IMG/VR virus record: IMGVR_UViG_2651869782_000020
Reading direction: 5' to 3' (one strand)
DNA length: 5,148 nucleotides
Source of the DNA: a virus
Lineage: Duplodnaviria > Heunggongvirae > Uroviricota > Caudoviricetes
The position numbers and the translations under genes are program-made. This document shows positions 1-5,148 of this stretch, one piece after another. The notes below the pieces were generated by a model. The model searched no databases. It saw nothing but the letters and a program-made list of their open reading frames with translations, and was not told where the DNA came from. Each line of letters begins with the position of its first letter. Within the stretch, counting starts at the first letter, position 1.

Positions 1-255
1 CAGTCGTGGCGAGGTCACGCGAGGCAACAGCGTGAACATGGTATCCGCTTTCAGATTCAGCACATCAGACAGCGACAGACCACGCAGGGATCCAGCCTGC
101 TCAATAGCCCCGGTGATCTCCACATACGTGATTTTTTCGCCACCACGCTCAATTGGTCGGGTCAGTTTTACGCCACGTTCGACAGCCATATCCTCACCTG
201 CCGTCACATCATCCGCCACGGTGTTATTCCGGGTTTCAGTATCGATGTCTTTCAT
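1..255 (-). CDS. Phage tail assembly chaperone gpE (P2 E-like), 5' part only; the 3' end and any E' frameshift extension lie beyond the left window edge
   Basis: ATG is the reverse complement of 253-255, preceded on the minus strand by AAAAGGAGAC (RBS). The frame stays open for all 85 codons to position 1 (MKDIDTETRNNTVADDVTAGEDMAVERGVKLTRPIERGGEKITYVEITGAIEQAGSLRGLSLSDVLNLKADTMFTLLPRVTSPRL). It sits immediately downstream of the tail tube gene, as E does in P2, and its size and composition resemble gpE. The antisense ORF 32-460 in the track is the shadow of this gene. Confidence 0.6.
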   Translation of the reverse strand, partial: MKDIDTETRNNTVADDVTAGEDMAVERGVKLTRPIERGGEKITYVEITGAIEQAGSLRGLSLSDVLNLKADTMFTLLPRVTSPRL

Positions 256-310
256 CAGTTGTCTCCTTTTCAGTCAGAGGCGACGCACTGCGCCGCCTGC
301 ATATTACTTA
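256..310 (-). other. FII-E intergenic spacer with a GC-rich imperfect hairpin (279-297) and the RBS for gpE
   Basis: Positions 279-297 ggcgacgcactgcgccgcc form an 8-position stem with one mismatch and a 3-nt loop. There is no U-tract after it on the minus strand, so it is not a classic intrinsic terminator. Confidence 0.25.
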
Positions 311-823
311 TCAGCCAAGCCCAAGCGCGGAACGGATACGGTCAGGCACAATGTCCTTGCCGTCCTTCCGGTAGATGTGGTTCAACAGGTCGATTTCCCA
401 CAGCGGGCGATCGTTAACGCTCAGCTTGTAGTAGGTGTTTTTGACAGCGTAAGTGTGTGATGTGGCTTCGCCCTGTTTGGCTTCCCCCATATCAATTTCC
501 GTCACACGTCCGCGCATCTCGATTTCATACAGATCGCTTTCTGCATCGGTGTAGTATTCACCCGCAAAACGCAGCAGCGTGCCGTCAATCGTGCCGCCAT
601 ATTTAAGGAACAGCGCACGAACAGCTCCCCCCATAACAAAACTCGCATCAAGCGCGGAGTCGTCCAGACCGAGATCAATACTTACCGCCCCCATCATGCC
701 ACCACCACGATAGCTGTCGGTTTTGCGCGTCAGTTTGGGCGGCGTGACGGATGTCACTTTACCCACTTCGTTTTCACCATCCACAAACAACGTAAAAAAG
801 CGAAGATGTTTTGGTACAGCCAT
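311..823 (-). CDS. FII: Phage tail tube protein gpFII (P2 FII-like)
   Basis: 170-aa ORF whose sequence (for example PKLTRKTDSYRGGGMMGAVSIDLGLDD and RFAGEYY...EIEMRGRVTEIDMGEAKQGE) follows the P2 FII tail tube family pattern as I recall it. The start codon overlaps the FI stop by one base (TGATG on the minus strand), suggesting translational coupling. A GGGAGG RBS lies inside the FI 3' end. Confidence 0.9.
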   Translation of the reverse strand: MAVPKHLRFFTLFVDGENEVGKVTSVTPPKLTRKTDSYRGGGMMGAVSIDLGLDDSALDASFVMGGAVRALFLKYGGTIDGTLLRFAGEYYTDAESDLYEIEMRGRVTEIDMGEAKQGEATSHTYAVKNTYYKLSVNDRPLWEIDLLNHIYRKDGKDIVPDRIRSALGLG

Positions 824-2007
824 CAGGCACCTCCCAGCACCGCAAATGCGGGACCAAAGAATTCATCAGTAAACGTCTGGTAAAGCTCCATGTCTTCCAG
901 TGGCGGAACGGGCGTATATTTGTAGCGAATACGCACACGCCCCTGACGTAAATCCGTGGTGCCGTTATCCACCACGTCATACCAGCACTCCGCGCCAATC
1001 AGTTTCCCGGCAGTAACCAGCGAATCCAGTTTTGCCCTGATGGCACTGATAACATCCTTCACGTTCGCAGGCGTCAGTGGACTGTCGATGGTTTCAAACT
1101 GCGCTTCCGCAATTGAATCAGCCAGCACCTGTGCGGTTCGGGTATACACCTCAAAGATGTAGGCGTTCGTTTCCGGTGTGCGGTTGCCCCAGAAGCGGAA
1201 CCCGTTGCGACGAATAATGGTCGTGATTTCTTTGTTGTTGAGGCTGTTGGCATCGCTGTCTTCGGCCTGCAACGACCAGAACACATGCCTCGACATCCCC
1301 AGCACATTTTTAACCGGAACGTTGGACAGTGATTTGTGCCACCCCTGCTCATGGTCAATGTACGCACGAAGGCCGCACGCATAGGCAGGCGCGGGGAACG
1401 TTTCGTTTTTGCCACTTTTCGGGTTGTAGGCGATGAAGTCCGGCCATAAGAGCATCACCTCACGTTCGTTGAATTTCTGGCGATAGGTAATCGCCTCAGC
1501 CATCGTGTTACAGCCGTGACATGAGGCATACACAAACGCGCGCAGTTTACCTGCAATCACGCACAGGGATTTTGTTACAGCCTCCGTGTCCAGCTCCGGC
1601 GCGGCCAGAATACGCGGACGGTATCCGATGCTTTCATCCTGCTCTGCAACAAGCAGCGCATACATCCCCGTATAGCTGCCGTCATCCTCAGAACCACCGA
1701 TAACCAGTTGATCCTGCGTCTTTCCGTCTTCTTCTTTGTGTTCAGCCACGCGAACGACGATCACCTTTGTGCTCACCTGGTCTGCGATGGCCTTAAGCGC
1801 ACGATAAAGCGTCCCCGTTGTTCCGCATTTTCCCAGCACGTCATTGACGCGGGTCAGCAATGTGGGCTTGTTCAGCGGGAACAGCTTCGCGTCCGCATCA
1901 TCCGCCGTTGCCACGATACCGATAACGCTGGAATCAACATCGTTAATCGCTGTTACCAGGTCGGTATTTTCCGTAACACGGGCACCATGAAAACGAGTTT
2001 CACTCAT
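823..2007 (-). CDS. FI: Phage contractile tail sheath protein gpFI (P2 FI-like)
   Basis: 394-aa ORF with hallmark sheath segments as I recall them (FPLNKP, KLRAF, WPDF, HEQGWHK(S/T)LSNV, IRRNGFRFWGNRT, YTRTAQV, YTPVPPLE). It lies directly upstream of FII on the same strand. An AAGGGG RBS precedes the ATG at the reverse complement of 2005-2007. Confidence 0.92.
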   Translation of the reverse strand: MSETRFHGARVTENTDLVTAINDVDSSVIGIVATADDADAKLFPLNKPTLLTRVNDVLGKCGTTGTLYRALKAIADQVSTKVIVVRVAEHKEEDGKTQDQLVIGGSEDDGSYTGMYALLVAEQDESIGYRPRILAAPELDTEAVTKSLCVIAGKLRAFVYASCHGCNTMAEAITYRQKFNEREVMLLWPDFIAYNPKSGKNETFPAPAYACGLRAYIDHEQGWHKSLSNVPVKNVLGMSRHVFWSLQAEDSDANSLNNKEITTIIRRNGFRFWGNRTPETNAYIFEVYTRTAQVLADSIAEAQFETIDSPLTPANVKDVISAIRAKLDSLVTAGKLIGAECWYDVVDNGTTDLRQGRVRIRYKYTPVPPLEDMELYQTFTDEFFGPAFAVLGGA

Positions 2008-2164
2008 AGCTTCAGCCCCTTGTATCCGTTAAATGATTCAGCAACAATCATCACCCACCACGCGCGTAATCTCACCCCTGCGCTATTCTCCCGCCACGGC
2101 GACAACAAAAAGCAGTAACCCCCTCCGCACGCACATGCGACCATGCCGCACAGGGAGGGAACAG
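2008..2164. promoter_or_regulatory. Divergent intergenic region between FI (minus) and D (plus); presumed to carry promoters for both
   Basis: 157-bp non-coding gap flanked by two divergently oriented start codons, each with its own RBS. No perfect TGT-N12-ACA late-promoter dyad was found by eye, and no promoter was confidently mapped. Confidence 0.3.
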
Positions 2165-3274
2165 ATGACCGACACCACCATGCAATTGCTCAGTCAGGGC
2201 ACAGACCCCGTGAAAATGCCGGATTTTGATATTCTCGCCGAGGGTAAAACGCTGTCCGGCGTGGCAGAACGCCTGATGAGCCTGTCACTGACCGACAACC
2301 GGGGATTTGAGGCGGACCAGCTCACCATCACGCTGGATGATGCCGATGACCAGTTGCAGCTACCGCCACGGGGCGCGCGTCTGACGGTTCTCATTGGCTG
2401 GAAAGGGGAACCGCTGACAGAAAAAGGCACTTACATTGTTGATGAAATCGCTCACGAAGGACCGCCGGACAGGCTGACTGTTTCAGCCAGAAGCGCAGAT
2501 TTTCGGGATGAATTTAATGTTAAACGTGAGGCGTCCTGGCATGATGTGACCGTTGAACGTGTGGTATCCGCCATCGCTCATCGGTACAGCCTGAAACCGC
2601 AAATCAGCGAAATGCTGATGGATATCGAAATCGACCACGCCGACCAGACTGAAGAAAGCGACATGTCCTTCCTTACGCGCATGGCGGAAATGCTGGGCGC
2701 AATCACCACGGTAAAAAGCGGTAATCTGTTATTCATCATGCCCGGCGGTGGCGTGAACGCACAGGGCCAGCCGTTGCCATCGTTCGCCATCACACGCAGC
2801 AGCGGCGATCGCCATCAGTTCCGCATTGCTGACCGCGAGGCGTATACGGGGGTACGCGCTTACTGGCTTGATCTTAATTACGGGAAAAAGAAAAAAGTCA
2901 GCGTGAAACGCCGCAAACCGCCAAAACCCAAAAAGGAGAAAAGCAGCAGCCGTGAAGGTGATTATATGGAAGGCGCGGAAGGCAATGTGTTTGTGTTACG
3001 CAAGACTTATCAGAACGAGCAGGCAGCAAGACGCGCAGCGGCGGCAAAGTGGCAGCAGCTACAACGCGGAGCCGCATTATTTTCCATCACGCTGGTGCGT
3101 GGACGTGCAGAACTCTACCCCGAAATGCATGGCACGGTAACAGGATTTAAAAGCGAGATTGATAATCAGGACTGGATTATTGCGAAAGCCGAGCACACCA
3201 TTGATAACAGCGGCTTTACCACACAGCTTGAGCTTGAGGCAAAAATCCCGGAATGGATAGCAGAAACAGAGTGA
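2165..3274 (+). CDS. D: Phage late control gene D protein / tail protein gpD (P2 D-like)
   Basis: Long plus-strand ORF. The preferred start is the ATG at 2165 (MTDTTMQLL...), which has a strong GGGAGGG RBS 5 nt upstream; the upstream in-frame ATGs at 2033 and 2135 lack an RBS. Length (369 aa) and sequence character fit the gpD family, and it sits directly upstream of ogr as D does in P2. It contains an unusual Lys-rich tract (KKKKVSVKRRKPPKPKKEK). Confidence 0.85.
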   Translation: MTDTTMQLLSQGTDPVKMPDFDILAEGKTLSGVAERLMSLSLTDNRGFEADQLTITLDDADDQLQLPPRGARLTVLIGWKGEPLTEKGTYIVDEIAHEGPPDRLTVSARSADFRDEFNVKREASWHDVTVERVVSAIAHRYSLKPQISEMLMDIEIDHADQTEESDMSFLTRMAEMLGAITTVKSGNLLFIMPGGGVNAQGQPLPSFAITRSSGDRHQFRIADREAYTGVRAYWLDLNYGKKKKVSVKRRKPPKPKKEKSSSREGDYMEGAEGNVFVLRKTYQNEQAARRAAAAKWQQLQRGAALFSITLVRGRAELYPEMHGTVTGFKSEIDNQDWIIAKAEHTIDNSGFTTQLELEAKIPEWIAETE

Positions 3275-3341
3275 GCAACTTAGACATATTAGCTCAAACT
3301 TAAACTGGCAAGTTTACAGTATAGAATTAAACATAAACGAC

Positions 3342-3370
3342 GGTCCGCTCCGTGTCAGAAGCGGACTTTG
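3342..3370. terminator. Putative bidirectional intrinsic terminator between convergent D and the cargo ORF
   Basis: Perfect 7-bp stem GTCCGCT (3343-3349) / AGCGGAC (3360-3366) with a 10-nt loop, followed on the plus strand by TTTG and on the minus strand by a T-rich run (cgtcgTTTaTgTTTaaTT). It lies between the D stop (3274) and the cargo ORF stop (3395). Confidence 0.35.
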
Positions 3371-3394
3371 TCATCCCTATGTAAGGTTGATTGC

Positions 3395-4417
3395 TTAATA
3401 CGCATTTAATTTAAATTTGTATTTGCCTTCTATGTAATGGATAAATTCAATTATGCTTTTTTCTATCGCATCTAATATATGAATATATCCATCCCGATTT
3501 AAGGTCCTATCCAACTCAAAGTGATGAACTATCCCATGTCTATATTGTATGATTTCAGAAATTCGATTCTCAAGAAAATCAACTGATTTTCCAATTCTTT
3601 TTTTCTTATAAAGAATCGCTCTCACATCTATATCCAGCCACTCTTTATATGCTTTGTTTAGGTGGGTTAAGTTTTGAAAAGTGTAATTTCTTGCAATAAC
3701 ACTTTCTATTGAAATATTTCCTTTCTCTATCTCAAGCAGAATATCAAAATCAACTTTTTGCTTATACGATGTTCTTTTTGCTATTGCGAAAGGATCGTAC
3801 TTTATAAGTATTTGAAAAGCTCTAGAGAAAAAGTATTCAAACATAGCAACCGCAAAAGGTACTAATCCATTATATATAACTCTACTGGGATCCATACATT
3901 GCATGTAATCAAAGTATTCGGATAAACCGCCATCTTCCGGTAGGTTTAATTTAATAGAAGGTTCAGGTAAGGCATGTTTAACAGCGGAAATCTCATGATG
4001 GACATGATTAAATATTGAAGAAATGCCACGACTGATCGGACTACTAGAATCCTTCCATAGAGGAGCGTACCTATTTTTCCCATAATCACCTATAAGTGTT
4101 CCACCAAAAAGACTCCTTGCGCCTTTTAGAACATCATTAAGCATTTTTACATCATGCCAACTAGCGCTATATAAATTACGCACATGCAATGCCCATTTAT
4201 TACCAGATATGTGTAATTCGTCATTTGAAACAGGATATATATCAGCCGAAACTCCATCTGTAGATTTGAAGTCCGTATCATCAAACCAAGAGTAATTCAA
4301 CGTTCCTTGGGGCCATTCCCTCAAATGTTTACACCTTTTAAAACCTAAATTTTCAAGGTAATTTTTAAGTTCGTTTCTAGTTGCTTTTTTAGGGTACAGC
4401 GTTATATCTCTTCCCAT
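3395..4417 (-). CDS. Hypothetical 340-aa cargo protein; candidate abortive-infection/defence protein with a C-terminal R-x4-H (HEPN-like) motif
   Basis: An uninterrupted 341-codon ORF in about 25-30% G+C DNA is very unlikely by chance. AGGTGA RBS lies upstream of the ATG (reverse complement of 4415-4417). The RHGIVHH motif was verified at nt 3521-3541 (reverse complement agacatgggatagttcatcac). No resemblance to P2 structural proteins. Confidence 0.8.
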   Translation of the reverse strand: MGRDITLYPKKATRNELKNYLENLGFKRCKHLREWPQGTLNYSWFDDTDFKSTDGVSADIYPVSNDELHISGNKWALHVRNLYSASWHDVKMLNDVLKGARSLFGGTLIGDYGKNRYAPLWKDSSSPISRGISSIFNHVHHEISAVKHALPEPSIKLNLPEDGGLSEYFDYMQCMDPSRVIYNGLVPFAVAMFEYFFSRAFQILIKYDPFAIAKRTSYKQKVDFDILLEIEKGNISIESVIARNYTFQNLTHLNKAYKEWLDIDVRAILYKKKRIGKSVDFLENRISEIIQYRHGIVHHFELDRTLNRDGYIHILDAIEKSIIEFIHYIEGKYKFKLNAY

Positions 4418-4549
4418 GCTTTATTCACCTGATATACAATATTTTAAATTTTAACTATTATGAACGTATGAATTTTCACATTGGATGTATGGAAGTTCAA
4501 CAACTATTGAAAGTTCAATTTTCACTCTTCGCACAGAGCGAGCTGTTAG

Positions 4550-4578
4550 TTGGAATTAGGGATCGTACAATCTAGAAT
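4550..4578 (+). promoter_or_regulatory. Putative sigma70 promoter for ogr (TTGGAA -35, 17-nt spacer, TAGAAT -10)
   Basis: -35-like TTGGAA at 4550-4555, a 17-nt spacer, and -10-like TAGAAT at 4573-4578, about 30 nt upstream of the ogr ATG. An AAGGGAGG RBS lies at 4596-4603. Confidence 0.35.
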
Positions 4579-4608
4579 AGCGGCAACACCACGTTAAGGG
4601 AGGTCGCT

Positions 4609-4869
4609 ATGTTCCGTTGTCCGCTTTGTGGCGCATCTGCCCGTATCCGCACAAGTCGTCCGGAAAATGATTCAAACACCGTGCGGCAAAAGTATTACCA
4701 GTGTAACAATCTGGAATGCGGCGTATGCTTCTCAACACTGGAAGCTTTCCATAAATTCACATCGAAACACGCCTCCGGCGTTCACTCTTCAGAAGGTATC
4801 CCGTGGCATGAGCTACCAGCTTCACACAGGGGAAACAATCAGATGAGTTTGCCTTTACCTCAGAATTAA
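4609..4869 (+). CDS. ogr: Ogr/Delta-family zinc-finger late transcription activator
   Basis: 86-aa ORF beginning MFRCPLCGASARIRTSR, with a C-x2-C ... C-x4-C arrangement (C4, C7, C32, C37), the same Cys4 layout as P2 Ogr (MFHCPLC...CQNVNC, as I recall it). Strong AAGGGAGG RBS. It sits downstream of D as in P2 and 186. Confidence 0.85.
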   Translation: MFRCPLCGASARIRTSRPENDSNTVRQKYYQCNNLECGVCFSTLEAFHKFTSKHASGVHSSEGIPWHELPASHRGNNQMSLPLPQN

Positions 4870-5148
4870 CAAGCAGAATTGCCGGAGTAACAAAAAAGCG
4901 ATAGATTACGCGCGGGTGCCTTTCGGCTGATGGTCGGAGGGAATACCCGAAGGCCAGATGTGGAAAGGCCCCGGAAAACACTTTTGTTTAACCGAGGCCC
5001 TAACCGTCTACCCTAAGCAAGTGAAAGGTTAGCGCCTCTCCGGAAAAGGAGCAAGTGCTTGTATGGGTCCACCACATATTGCAATTTTTATTCTCTTTTA
5101 AAATATATTCCACGGGCGTCATTAGTGCGAGCGCCTTGTGGGGTCTTT

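Larger units (their letters stand above)
3275..4608. other. AT-rich horizontally acquired island (moron) inserted between D and ogr
   Basis: Sharp compositional shift: a hand-counted 60-nt sample (3421-3480) is about 25% G+C, against about 55% for a sample in D (2161-2220). The island holds a single gene on the strand opposite to D and ogr, which are adjacent in canonical P2. Confidence 0.7.

Noticed and set aside
1-40. E/E' programmed -1 frameshift slippery heptamer
   Set aside because: No TTTTTTG-type slippery sequence is visible in the part of E inside the window. The site, if present, is probably further downstream beyond the left edge.
32-460. Plus-strand ORFs 32-460 (142 aa) and 153-374 (73 aa)
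   Set aside because: They lie antisense to the gpE and gpFII coding regions, have no RBS and a low-complexity Ser/Pro/Arg-rich translation. They are shadow ORFs of the minus-strand genes.
774-2118. Short ORFs nested in or antisense to FI (774-998, 956-1162, 1074-1415, 1178-1384, 1521-1703, 1708-2118)
   Set aside because: All overlap the well-supported 394-aa tail sheath gene in other frames or on the other strand. Their translations are Arg/Cys/Pro-rich and typical of out-of-frame readings of GC-rich coding DNA.
2033-2164. Upstream in-frame starts for D at 2033 (MIQQQ...) and 2135
   Set aside because: Neither has a Shine-Dalgarno sequence, and the N-terminal extension is low-complexity. The ATG at 2165 has a strong GGGAGGG RBS and gives a gpD-sized product.
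2194-3140. ORFs 2194-2430 (-), 2578-2793 (-) and 2952-3140 (+) inside D
   Set aside because: They are fully embedded in the gpD coding region, in an alternative frame or antisense, with no independent support.
4628-4981. ORFs 4628-4846 (+, 72 aa) and 4757-4981 (-, 74 aa) overlapping ogr
   Set aside because: They overlap the conserved Ogr zinc-finger ORF, lack an RBS and resemble no known protein. They are most likely spurious.
4870-5148. P2 attB/CyaR core (AAAAAATAAGCCCGTGTAAGGG or its reverse complement) or a tRNA/tmRNA 3' end next to ogr
   Set aside because: I searched by eye on both strands and found no match to the P2 att core, no GGTTCGAATCC-type T-arm and no CCA end. The integration target, if it is in this window, is something else.
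1-5148. CRISPR array, IS element or transposase
   Set aside because: No regularly spaced direct repeats, no terminal inverted repeats and no transposase-like ORF were seen. The AT-rich island carries a single non-transposase gene.

Overview
This window covers the tail and late-control region of a P2-like (Peduovirus-type) prophage, probably in an enterobacterial genome. On the minus strand are the tail sheath gpFI (823-2007), the tail tube gpFII (311-823, sharing one base with FI in a TGATG stop/start overlap) and the first 85 codons of the tail assembly chaperone gpE (1-255, running off the left edge). On the plus strand are the late control/tail protein gpD (2165-3274) and an Ogr/Delta-type zinc-finger late activator (4609-4869). 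The main candidate for something undescribed is a ~1.3 kb strongly AT-rich island between D and ogr (about 25% G+C in one hand-counted 60-nt sample, against about 55% in a flanking sample). It carries a single 340-aa minus-strand ORF (3395-4417) with no resemblance I can recognise to P2 structural or regulatory proteins. That is a typical moron/cargo layout, and the gene may be an anti-phage or abortive-infection gene; its C-terminal region has an R-x4-H motif (RHGIVHH) of the kind seen in HEPN RNases, but this is only a hypothesis. Gene order also departs from canonical P2, because D-ogr is arranged head-to-head with FI rather than co-directionally downstream of E/T/U. The GC-rich non-coding stretch after ogr may hold the prophage/host junction. 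All protein identifications rest on recalled family resemblance, not on a database search.
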